This document shows positions 48,580-56,842 of a DNA stretch of 64,000 bases, piece after piece. The stretch is from positions 1-64,000 of IMG/VR virus record IMGVR_UViG_3300048924_000605. One strand, given 5' to 3'. Source of the DNA: a virus. Both the position numbers and the translations under genes were made by a program. The notes under the pieces were generated by a model. It did not search any database. It was not told the origin of the DNA and saw only the letters and a program-made list of their open reading frames with translations. Every line of letters begins with the position of its first letter. Positions within the stretch are counted from its first letter, which is position 1.

Positions 48580-48720
48580 ATCCTAATGCGAGCCGGGCAC
48601 CTGCCCGGCTCGCTGTCTCAGACCTGTCCAACGCAATCTGCAGGGCGAATTACACGGAAACATCGCTTGATGTTCCGCCGCGATGAAGCGTTCATGGCCT
48701 CCCAACCACGGAGAACAACC

Positions 48721-49002
48721 ATGCACGACGCAGCATTAGCCAACGACGCCCACGACCTAACGGCGCTACCGGAGCGCCTGATTCAACTGGTCGAAGACAC
48801 CTTGTCCAACGACGAAATCAGCACCGACGCCGAGCTTGTGCAGTACCTGGCCCACAACGGCCTTTCCCGCGAGAACGCCCTGCATGCCCTGCGCTATCGG
48901 GAGATTTACCTCTCGAATCTCTGGGTCGCAGGATGCACGCCGATTCGCGGCGGCCTGCGCATCCGCCTCAACGTAGCGACGGGCCGCTACGAACTCGCAT
49001 GA
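48721..49002 (+). CDS. hypothetical protein (cassette 6)
   Basis: GGAG RBS; LSNDEISTDAELV. Confidence 0.6.
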   Translation: MHDAALANDAHDLTALPERLIQLVEDTLSNDEISTDAELVQYLAHNGLSRENALHALRYREIYLSNLWVAGCTPIRGGLRIRLNVATGRYELA

Positions 49003-49131
49003 TCAGGATGTCGCCGCGCGCTGCGCGGCGGTATTCCTGTCCGACCGCTTAGCGGACTTGGACAGCGGGTGTATGGCGTCTTGGCTTCCAGGCGAAAAGA
49101 AGCGTTCATGACCTCCCCAACGGAGACCACC

Positions 49132-49455
49132 ATGACGAGTCGAATTCTTCCGCCGTTCCAACTGCAAGTGCGCTTCAGCCGCAATCCTCGCAACGCCCGA
49201 GCGATGATGCGCGAGTTGACCGGCTATCACGTCGACCCCGAACTTGCCTGGGTCATCGAACAGAAGACGATGACGCAGTCCGAGTACCGCGCCTTTGAAC
49301 GAGATTTTACCCAGCCGCAACATTGGATCATGCCGCTCAACAGCCGGCCGACACACTGCATCAGGGTCGTCGCACCCAGAATGCCGACGCTCTACGTCCG
49401 AGCCGAAGGTGCGAACTACGCCCGTCTCGTTGGGCTGGCTGTCGAGGAGAGCTAA
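49132..49455 (+). CDS. hypothetical protein (cassette 7)
   Basis: GGAG RBS; ends LYVRAEGANYARLVG. Confidence 0.6.
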   Translation: MTSRILPPFQLQVRFSRNPRNARAMMRELTGYHVDPELAWVIEQKTMTQSEYRAFERDFTQPQHWIMPLNSRPTHCIRVVAPRMPTLYVRAEGANYARLVGLAVEES

Positions 49456-49486
49456 GTGCTGCCCCGGCGCGGCGCGCGGCGCCGCG

Positions 49487-50629
49487 TCAGGGTCGCAACG
49501 CCCTCAGAATTTCGGCGGCGACTTGCGGGACGATCGCATTGCCGGCGGCGCGCAATCGAGGTACTCGGGCGGGTAGCCCATGAGCCAGAAGACGAATTCC
49601 GGGGTCAGGGATCCGGCGGCCGGCGAGGGTTCGACCTGTCGTCCAAGCATCCCATTCACCGGTGCGCTGCCAAAGCTCGTCGCGTCCTTGTGATCTCGGG
49701 TCGTCGGCGTCGCCCACAGCGCCGGTGGCGCCAGCCCCAGCGGGTCGCCGTACAACGCCGTGTCGATGGCCTGCGCCATCGGGTGTTGCGTCAGCGCCAC
49801 CGTGTGCTCCTGCTCCGAACTCTGGTACGCCTGGGCCGGCAGCGGCGCCGTTGCTCCGCTGCCGAAGGACTGCCTGGGGCTGCCCTTCTCCCCGTCGCTC
49901 GCGCGCGGTGTACTCCAGACCGCCTTCACCACCCCCGGCAGACCATTGCGTCGCTCGGCCGCAAAGTCGCCCCGCTTCTCCGGATCGTTCGCCGTCGCGG
50001 TCGGCCAGACCGCCTTCGCCGCCACCTGAAGGCTGGTGATCGCTTTTCGGCGGCCGCCCGGCATCCGGCGCTTCATCGCCAGGTGCGCTGCCGGGGACTT
50101 GTTGTCGTCGTTCGCCACCGCGGTCGGCCAGACGCTGCCCGACGATCCAGACCCGATCTCGCCGGTGCGGGGCATTGACGGCGCAAGCTGGAACAACAAT
50201 CGCCCGGCTGGCGTAGCCTTCGCCCTCCAGGTCAGCAAGAACTCCGTCGAGCCCCAGCGCGATGAGCCCAGCAACGTTTTCGCCCAGGAATAGAGCGGGT
50301 CGCGCTTGTGCAATAAGGCGATGCAGTTCTGGCCAGAGGTGGCGGTCGTCGGCTTGCGCGCGCTGGTTGCCGGCGACGCTGAACGGCTGGCAGGGGAAGC
50401 CACCGGTCCAGAGCGGCGCGTCATCCGGCCAGGCCGCGAGTCGGGCGGCGTAGGCGAACCCGCCGATACCGGCAAAGAAGTGGCATTGGGCGTAGCCGCG
50501 GAGATCGTCTGCTGAGACAGATCGGATATCGCGGTCATCGACATCGCCGGTCGGGATAATGCCCGCCGCCATCAAGTTCTTCAGCCACTGGCACAGATAC
50601 AGGTCGTTCTCGTTGTAATAGACCGACAC
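49487..50629 (-). CDS. C5 cytosine DNA methyltransferase, alpha chain
   Basis: FFAGIGG (I), GFPCQPFS (IV), ENV (VI), HRRDRVW (VIII), GNAIVPQVA (X); TAG/GTG overlap with the upstream gene. Confidence 0.9.
   Translation of the reverse strand: MSVYYNENDLYLCQWLKNLMAAGIIPTGDVDDRDIRSVSADDLRGYAQCHFFAGIGGFAYAARLAAWPDDAPLWTGGFPCQPFSVAGNQRAQADDRHLWPELHRLIAQARPALFLGENVAGLIALGLDGVLADLEGEGYASRAIVVPACAVNAPHRRDRVWIVGQRLADRGGERRQQVPGSAPGDEAPDAGRPPKSDHQPSGGGEGGLADRDGERSGEAGRLCGRATQWSAGGGEGGLEYTARERRGEGQPQAVLRQRSNGAAAGPGVPEFGAGAHGGADATPDGAGHRHGVVRRPAGAGATGAVGDADDPRSQGRDELWQRTGEWDAWTTGRTLAGRRIPDPGIRLLAHGLPARVPRLRAAGNAIVPQVAAEILRALRP
49504..50544 (-). CDS. overlapping alternative-frame ORF, putative methyltransferase beta chain carrying motif IX
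   Basis: Repeated W(P/S/A)T(P/A) units and LTPEFVFWLMGYP; true start uncertain. Confidence 0.65.
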   Translation of the reverse strand: MSMTAISDLSQQTISAATPNATSLPVSAGSPTPPDSRPGRMTRRSGPVASPASRSASPATSARKPTTATSGQNCIALLHKRDPLYSWAKTLLGSSRWGSTEFLLTWRAKATPAGRLLFQLAPSMPRTGEIGSGSSGSVWPTAVANDDNKSPAAHLAMKRRMPGGRRKAITSLQVAAKAVWPTATANDPEKRGDFAAERRNGLPGVVKAVWSTPRASDGEKGSPRQSFGSGATAPLPAQAYQSSEQEHTVALTQHPMAQAIDTALYGDPLGLAPPALWATPTTRDHKDATSFGSAPVNGMLGRQVEPSPAAGSLTPEFVFWLMGYPPEYLDCAPPAMRSSRKSPPKF

Positions 50630-51870
50630 TAGGCAACGTCCTCGACCTCCGCACCCGCCGCGATGAACGCGACGCCGTCCGAAGCGCGAATCGCCTGCAG
50701 ACCGGTGTAGTCCTGCCAACGGCGAACGATCACGTCGACGTATTTGGGATCCAGTTCGATCAGCCGCGCGCGGCGGCTGGTTTTCTCGCAGGCGATCATG
50801 GTCGTACCCGACCCACCGAACGGGTCCAGCACCAGATCGCGGGTCTTGCTGCTGTTGCGGATGGCGCGCTCGACCAGTGCCACCGGCTTCATCGTCGGAT
50901 GCAGCTCGTTGCGCGCGGCTCGGTCGATGAACCAGACGTCGCCCTGGTCGCGCGCGCCGCACCAGAATCGGTCGTTACCGTCGCGCCAACCGTAGAGGAT
51001 TGGCTCGTACTGCCGCTGATAGTCGGCGTGGCCCAGCGTGAACTTGTTCTTCGCCCAAATGATGAAGGTCGACCAGCGACCGCCCGCAGCGCGGAACGCG
51101 GTCTGCAACCGGTCGAGCTCGGACGACGACATGGCAATGTAGATCGCGCCCTTCGTCACCCGCAGCATCTCGGTGCAGGTCGCTTGCAAGAAGGTGCCGA
51201 AGTCGTCGCCCAGGTTGTCGTTGAGGATCGGGCGGTGTTTACCGCGTAGCTTGTCCTTCGGGTTGTTGGCGTAGTCGACGTTATAGGGCGGATCGGTGAA
51301 CGTCATGTCGATCAACTCGTCCCCGAGCAGCGCGGCGTAGTCCTCGGCGCACGTGGCGTCGCCGCACAACACTCGATGCTCTCCGCAGGTCCAGACATCG
51401 CCTGGGCGCGAGATCGGATGTTCTTCCGGCTCGGGTGCCGCGTCCTCCTCCGTCTGACCTTCGCCCGATACCGCAGCCAGCATGTCCTCGATCTCGTCGT
51501 CATCGAAGCCGGTCAACGCCAGATCGAATTCGAGCGCGTCCAGGTCGGCCAGCTCCAGTTGCAGCAATTCCTCGTCCCAGTTCGCCCAGGTGGCGGAACG
51601 GTTCGCCAGCAGCCGGAAGGCTTTGACCTGGGCCTCGGTCAGTTCGTCCGCCAGGACGACCGGCACCGACTCCAAGCCCAGCTTGCGCGCAGCCTTGAGG
51701 CGGAGATGGCCGTCGACCAGTTCGCCGTTGCTACGCACCACGCACGGAATGCGAAATCCGAACTCGCGGATCACCGCGGCCATCTGGTCTACGGCGTGGT
51801 CGTTCTCGCGCGGATTGCGCGCATAAGCGATCAGCCGGTCGACCGGCCAGTGCTCCAGTTGCAGGTTCAT
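50629..51870 (-). CDS. ParB-N-fused N6A/N4C DNA methyltransferase (beta class)
   Basis: YARNPR..DGHLRL ParB-like N-terminus; DPPY precedes HPTMKP and DPFGGSGTT. Confidence 0.92.
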   Translation of the reverse strand: MNLQLEHWPVDRLIAYARNPRENDHAVDQMAAVIREFGFRIPCVVRSNGELVDGHLRLKAARKLGLESVPVVLADELTEAQVKAFRLLANRSATWANWDEELLQLELADLDALEFDLALTGFDDDEIEDMLAAVSGEGQTEEDAAPEPEEHPISRPGDVWTCGEHRVLCGDATCAEDYAALLGDELIDMTFTDPPYNVDYANNPKDKLRGKHRPILNDNLGDDFGTFLQATCTEMLRVTKGAIYIAMSSSELDRLQTAFRAAGGRWSTFIIWAKNKFTLGHADYQRQYEPILYGWRDGNDRFWCGARDQGDVWFIDRAARNELHPTMKPVALVERAIRNSSKTRDLVLDPFGGSGTTMIACEKTSRRARLIELDPKYVDVIVRRWQDYTGLQAIRASDGVAFIAAGAEVEDVA

Positions 51871-52463
51871 TTCGCTCGCAGTGGGCGGCGCGCGCGGCCG
51901 AGCGCACCGGGCACATGCGGCCAAGTGTCGCCGACCACGGCGGAGTAGATGGTCATCATGGGCAGCCGGTAGGTCTGCGCCAGTTCGTTGTAGCGGCGAC
52001 CCGCGCGCCGGTGATCGCGCAACTCGGTCACCAGGGATTCGGTGAGGTTGGCCGACGGATGTCGCTCGCCGCGGTTGTCCGGCGACGTACCGTGCAGTAC
52101 CCGGTCGGCGCAATTCTCCTTCGGCGTGGCCCAGCGCAGGTTCGCGACCCAGTTGTGGCTGCGAACCCCATCGTTGTGGGCGACTTGGTGCCGCGGCGTC
52201 GGCGGCGGCCCCAGGAAAGTCAACGCCACTAGGCGATGAACATTGAAGTAGCCGTACCGGCCGTCCCGACTCAGCGCAACCTGCAGATAGCCACCGGTGT
52301 CCGGTTTCGGCTTGAGCAGCTTCCCGGCCGGATGCTGTCGGTATGCGATCGACCGCCGGATCTTGCCGCGGTCGGAAACCTCGTAGCTCGGATAGTCCGA
52401 GATCTGCCGCCAGCGCTCCGCGCCACCGTCGATTAGCGATGGTGGACGCGCGTTGGGAATCAT
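51867..52463 (-). CDS. NUMOD4-HNH homing endonuclease
   Basis: ERWRQISDYPSYEVSDRGKIR, VHRLVA..F, HNDG..N..NLRWAT..N. Confidence 0.88.
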   Translation of the reverse strand: MIPNARPPSLIDGGAERWRQISDYPSYEVSDRGKIRRSIAYRQHPAGKLLKPKPDTGGYLQVALSRDGRYGYFNVHRLVALTFLGPPPTPRHQVAHNDGVRSHNWVANLRWATPKENCADRVLHGTSPDNRGERHPSANLTESLVTELRDHRRAGRRYNELAQTYRLPMMTIYSAVVGDTWPHVPGALGRARRPLRAK

Positions 52464-52554
52464 GATCTGCGCCGTGCTAGGCGCCTCGGAGTTGACTTAT
52501 CGGGACGGCGCGAACGCGATCCGCAAACCTCATGAAAGGGTTGACGCTAGCGCG

Positions 52555-52601
52555 ATTTTGCGGCTTGGCCCCCCGCATGCCCTGATGGCGAGGAAGGACC
52601 C
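52555..52601 (-). other. lambda-like cos (cosQ/cosN) candidate
   Basis: Minus strand reads GGGTCCT (identical to lambda cosQ), then TGCG-GGGGGCCAAGC-CGCA. Confidence 0.55.
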
Positions 52602-52846
52602 GGTCAATTCTTAGCCACCCCTCGCCGCCCGCCGCGCGTCCGCGTCGCGGCCAAGGGCGATAGGGGCTCACCGGCGCCTTCGACGCGCCGCGCCGTGTGC
52701 GCCTATGTGCGCGCCACGTCAGGTCGGCGTGATGCGACGCCACTCCCGGCCGTGCCGCCTATCGCGATCTGACGACGCTGGGGTATTACCCCCTAGTCAA
52801 ATTGCCTACGACGCGCTTTGATGCTCGCGAGGCGAGGAGAAGCGCT

Positions 52847-53095
52847 ATGCTCCGATACCAGATCGTCCTCCGTCGCCGGCTCGGCTCGCTGCTGGATCTG
52901 CTTCCGCTGCGCGTCGTAGCCTTGGCCTACGTCCAGTCCCTCGAAGGGCTGCGTGATGTCCGGCTCGAATACGCCTCGGGCAAACAGGCCGTGCTGAGCT
53001 TCGCTTGGCCGGGCGAAGGGACACCAGTCATACCGGAGGTGTATCTTGATCGGTACGGACTGGAGCGCACAGAGCTTGCCGAGACCGTGACCTAG
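52847..53095 (+). CDS. small hypothetical protein, paralogue A
   Basis: GAGGA RBS; similar to the next ORF. Confidence 0.6.
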   Translation: MLRYQIVLRRRLGSLLDLLPLRVVALAYVQSLEGLRDVRLEYASGKQAVLSFAWPGEGTPVIPEVYLDRYGLERTELAETVT

Positions 53096-53137
53096 TTCGC
53101 TCAGCTTCCACGTGAGTCCCTATGGGGAGGGGCCATC

Positions 53138-53410
53138 ATGCAGGCGTCGATCAGAATCCGCAGAGCGTGGAATGTCCAGCTCGTGGCCTTGCCGATCGAG
53201 GAGCTAGCCGTCATTGCCCTTCAGGCGGTGCCGGGTATCCGATCGCCTGTGGTCGAACGTGAGGATATGCATGGCTTGGTGCTTACATTCGAGTGGGATG
53301 GCCAAGGGACGCCAGACGTTCCAGCCGACTACTTGCACCGCTTCGGCCTGGAAATCGCACCCGAATTGGGCACGCCTTCCGACCAGGAAAAAGGCGGCGG
53401 TCCAATTTGA
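53138..53410 (+). CDS. small hypothetical protein, paralogue B
   Basis: GGAGG RBS; shares L.F.W.G.GTP..P..YL.R.GLE with paralogue A. Confidence 0.6.
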   Translation: MQASIRIRRAWNVQLVALPIEELAVIALQAVPGIRSPVVEREDMHGLVLTFEWDGQGTPDVPADYLHRFGLEIAPELGTPSDQEKGGGPI

Positions 53411-53846
53411 ACCGCCGCCCATCCCGCTGCGCCTACACCACCACGTGTCGGACATACCTGCGTCAGCATGGGATCTAGGCTAGGGCAAATCCGGGGCTTT
53501 TGGGACACCCCATAACGACCGCGATCATGATCCTGGATAACCGTGGATATCGGAGGATCCATTCAGTGCAATCGCCGACCCTCACAGCGCTTCAGCGACT
53601 CCGAACCGGCTAAGGAGGCTCATGCGGTCCTGGAGGTTTGCCTTCGAATAGGCACTATGGCATCACGTAGCGGATGCCGGGGGAGTCGGCTTTGCTTACC
53701 GTCGGCCAATAATCTGCGCAAGATGTCGTGGATTTTGACTAGAACATAGGACTTGAGACGGCAACACGCCGCGGAAGGCGCTAGAGTGCGCGCTTCGTAG
53801 CCGGTGCTCCGGGTAGTGCCGGCCCTCAATCTGTTCAGGAACTGTC

Positions 53847-55763
53847 ATGTCCGCCAACAGCCCGTCTCCCGCCCATGCCGACGGTTCGGCCGGCCATGCC
53901 AAGACCGGTCTCGCCGGATTGGTGGTCGGCGCCATCGGGGTGGTGTTCGGCGATATCGGCACCAGTCCGCTATACACGCTGAAGGAAGCCTTCTCGCCGC
54001 ACTATGGTCTGACTCCCGATCAGCACACCGTGCTCGGCATCCTGTCGCTGGTGTTCTGGTCGCTGATGATCGTGGTGACCTTGAAGTACGTCGCGGTGAT
54101 CATGCGCGCCGACAACGACGGCGAGGGCGGCATCATGGCACTCACTGCGCTGACCCAGCGCACGGTCAAGCACAACCCGCGCGCGGTCTACGTCATCGGC
54201 GTCCTCGGCATCTTCGGCGCCTCACTGTTCTTCGGTGACGGCGTAATCACGCCGGCGATCTCGGTGCTATCGGCCGTAGAGGGACTGGAAGTGGCGGCAC
54301 CGCACCTTGACCGTTTCGTCGTGCCGATCACCGTGGCGGTGCTCGTCGTGCTGTTCCTGGCACAGCGCTTCGGTACCGAGGTAGTGGGCAAGGCGTTCGG
54401 TCCGGTGATGATCCTTTGGTTCGTTTCGCTCGGCGCGATCGGCATCTACAACATCGTCGATGCGCCGCAGGTGATCCGTGCGCTCAATCCGATTTGGGGC
54501 CTGCGCTTCTTCATGGAGCACAACTGGCATGCGGTGTTCGTGCTCGGTGCGGTAGTGCTGGCGGTGACCGGCGGCGAGGCGCTGTACGCCGATATGGGCC
54601 ACTTCGGCAAGTGGCCGATCCGTCTGGCCTGGACCTACGTCGCCCTGCCGGCGCTTACATTGAACTATCTCGGCCAAGGCGCGCTGATGCTAGGCAAGCC
54701 GTCCGCGGTCGGCAATCCGTTCTTCGAAGCGGTTCCGGCATGGGCGTTGCTGCCGATGGTCGGCCTAGCCACTGCGGCGACGGTGATCGCCTCGCAGGCA
54801 GTGATCACAGGCGCGTTCTCGGTCGCGCGCCAGGCCATGCAACTCGGCTACATCCCGCGTATGGCGATCAAGCACACCTCGCGCGAGACCATCGGCCAGA
54901 TCTACATTCCGGCGGTGAACTGGATGCTACTGGTGCTGGTGGTTGTCTCGGTGGTCGGCTTCGGCAGTTCGACCGCGCTGGCCACCGCCTACGGCGTTTC
55001 AGTGACCGGCACCATGCTCATCACGAGCGTACTAATGATCATCTATCTTCGCGGCAACTCTCGTATTCCTGCGCCTCTGTTCTGGTTGTTGGCGGCGATC
55101 TTCGTGCTGGTTGATCTGGCATTCTTCTACGCCAATATCATTAAGTTCATGGATGGGGCCTGGTTCCCCCTACTGCTGGGCGTGGTTCTGTTCACCATGA
55201 TGCGCACCTGGCGCCGCGGCCGCGAACTTCTGCACGAGGAAGTGCGCAAGGAAGGCATCTCGCTCGATAGCTTCCTGCCCGGCCTACTGCTGGCGCCGCC
55301 GGTGCGAGTGTCGGGCACGGCAATCTTCATGACCGCCGACAAGGGCGTGGTGCCGCACGCGCTGTTGCACAACCTCAAGCACAACAAGGTGCTGCACGAG
55401 CGCAACGTGTTCCTCACCGTCGAAACGCTTGGAATGCCGCACGCACCTAAGGAGAAGCGGCTCAAGATCGAAGCCATCGGCAACGATTTCTACCGCATTC
55501 TGATCCGCTTCGGCTTTATGGAAGTGCCCGACGTGCCGCTGGCGTTGATGCGCTCGTGCGACGCCGGCGGCGCCTACTTCGATCCAATGACGACGACGTA
55601 CTTCGCCAGCCGCGAGACCGTGGTCGCCAGACGCCACCGTGGCATGCCGATCTGGCGCGACCGCCTGTTCGCCTTCATGCACCGCAACGCGGCGCCAGCG
55701 ACCGGGTTCTTCCGCATTCCGGGCAACCGTTTGGTCGAACTGGGTTCGCCGGTCGAGATTTGA
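53847..55763 (+). CDS. kup: KUP/HAK/KT potassium uptake permease, moron
   Basis: [59 protein letters not shown]. Confidence 0.97.
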   Translation: MSANSPSPAHADGSAGHAKTGLAGLVVGAIGVVFGDIGTSPLYTLKEAFSPHYGLTPDQHTVLGILSLVFWSLMIVVTLKYVAVIMRADNDGEGGIMALTALTQRTVKHNPRAVYVIGVLGIFGASLFFGDGVITPAISVLSAVEGLEVAAPHLDRFVVPITVAVLVVLFLAQRFGTEVVGKAFGPVMILWFVSLGAIGIYNIVDAPQVIRALNPIWGLRFFMEHNWHAVFVLGAVVLAVTGGEALYADMGHFGKWPIRLAWTYVALPALTLNYLGQGALMLGKPSAVGNPFFEAVPAWALLPMVGLATAATVIASQAVITGAFSVARQAMQLGYIPRMAIKHTSRETIGQIYIPAVNWMLLVLVVVSVVGFGSSTALATAYGVSVTGTMLITSVLMIIYLRGNSRIPAPLFWLLAAIFVLVDLAFFYANIIKFMDGAWFPLLLGVVLFTMMRTWRRGRELLHEEVRKEGISLDSFLPGLLLAPPVRVSGTAIFMTADKGVVPHALLHNLKHNKVLHERNVFLTVETLGMPHAPKEKRLKIEAIGNDFYRILIRFGFMEVPDVPLALMRSCDAGGAYFDPMTTTYFASRETVVARRHRGMPIWRDRLFAFMHRNAAPATGFFRIPGNRLVELGSPVEI

Positions 55764-55827
55764 GACGACAACAATGACATGTCGCCGATCCGCATCAATG
55801 AGGCCTTTGGCCCACCGCGAGATCGCG

Positions 55828-56238
55828 TTAGATCGATGCCTGGACGGCCGTGATCCGGGGCAACTGATCGTTGAGGTGCACGACGACAATCGCTAGCGCG
55901 TGCTGGTACCGGCGCCAGGCCGTCTTCCGGATCAGCCCGGTGCGATTGCAGATCTCTCGCCACGGCACGTACTGCGCCCGCAGCCAGACCAGGCGGCGTT
56001 GATCTTCGTCCAACCACTTCAGCCAGCGCACCGTCTCGCCGAAGCGGTCGATCGCGCCGGGCGACGCCGTGAACCGCAAGACGATGCGCTCGTCGGCATA
56101 GCCCTCCCACGACTGCCGGTTGATGTCCGGCCAGAAGGCCGCGTAGCCCTGGACGCGGGCTGGGGGCAGCCGGCGCGCGGTAACCGCGGCTTCCTGGAAT
56201 CGGTCGGTGACACGCTGGATGTTCCAGTTCGCGCTCAT
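55828..56238 (-). CDS. DUF6362-like HTH protein, putative late regulator
   Basis: RFQEA..T..RLP..RVQGY..WP; RLVWLRA..WREIC; last gene of the replication operon. Confidence 0.7.
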   Translation of the reverse strand: MSANWNIQRVTDRFQEAAVTARRLPPARVQGYAAFWPDINRQSWEGYADERIVLRFTASPGAIDRFGETVRWLKWLDEDQRRLVWLRAQYVPWREICNRTGLIRKTAWRRYQHALAIVVVHLNDQLPRITAVQASI

Positions 56239-56699
56239 GCTTCGACTCCCTGCGACAGCGCCCAGTGCAGCAGCGCGAGCGCGTCGGCCTCGTTGTCGTC
56301 GCTGGGCGCGTGGCCGCGCCGCTCCATCGCAGCGATCATGGCGTCCTTCTTGGCGTTGCCCTTGCCGGTCGCAAATCGCTTGATCGTGCCGACCGGCACG
56401 CCCTGATACGGAATCCGGTGCTGTTCGCACCAACCCGTCAGCTGTGCCAGGAAGCCGCCGTAAGCGTGGGCCGCATCGACGCCGCGGTGGCGACGGACTT
56501 CCTCGAAGTAGATCGCCTCGACCTGGCCGACGAAGGCGAGGGTCTCATCCAGCCAGCGGCCGAATCGCAGGTAGCGCATGCCGCCGCCTTCGAAGCGGCC
56601 CGGGCGGAACGCCTGCGTTCCGCTGGCGATCTGTCCGTCTCGCGCCAGCGCCCAACCCATCGTCGTGCCCAGGTCCAGGGCCAAAGTCGTACCGCCCAT
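56235..56699 (-). CDS. RuvC-like resolvase
   Basis: LALDLGT..GWA, FEEV, KRFATGKGNA.K, DNEADA. Confidence 0.85.
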   Translation of the reverse strand: MGGTTLALDLGTTMGWALARDGQIASGTQAFRPGRFEGGGMRYLRFGRWLDETLAFVGQVEAIYFEEVRRHRGVDAAHAYGGFLAQLTGWCEQHRIPYQGVPVGTIKRFATGKGNAKKDAMIAAMERRGHAPSDDNEADALALLHWALSQGVEA

Positions 56700-56722
56700 A
56701 TTTTGCTTCCTCGGGTATGGGC

Positions 56723-56819
56723 GGGTGACGTGTGTGACACGGTTGCCGGTTAACCCTTACATGTGCGTGCGCGCGCACACGCGGGGGGGTAACTAGCAGC
56801 TATGTCACACACGTCACCC
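56723..56819. repeat. 17-bp perfect inverted repeat downstream of the primase gene
   Basis: GGGTGACGTGTGTGACA (56723-56739) and TGTCACACACGTCACCC (56803-56819). Confidence 0.8.
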
Positions 56820-56842
56820 ACCGAAGTAAGTGCTTGATTCTT

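Larger units (their letters stand above)
45768..49109. repeat. seven dispersed copies of the promoter-like motif CTTG-N15-GAAGCGTTCAT
   Basis: Minus strand: 45768-45797, 46198-46227, 46830-46859. Plus strand: 46959-46988, 47519-47548, 48666-48695, 49080-49109. Confidence 0.9.

Noticed and set aside
45768-49109. CRISPR array or integron attC interpretation of the repeated motif
   Set aside because: Copies are 0.1-1.1 kb apart, in both orientations and upstream of genes; there are no GTTRRRY/RYYYAAC ends, no integrase and no cas operon.
49487-52463. Restriction-modification system
   Set aside because: The nuclease is a NUMOD4-HNH homing type, and the methyltransferases look like orphan phage enzymes.
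53500-53846. c-di-AMP (ydaO) riboswitch upstream of kup
   Set aside because: Only short hairpins are visible and the consensus cannot be matched by eye; an Infernal/Rfam search would be needed.
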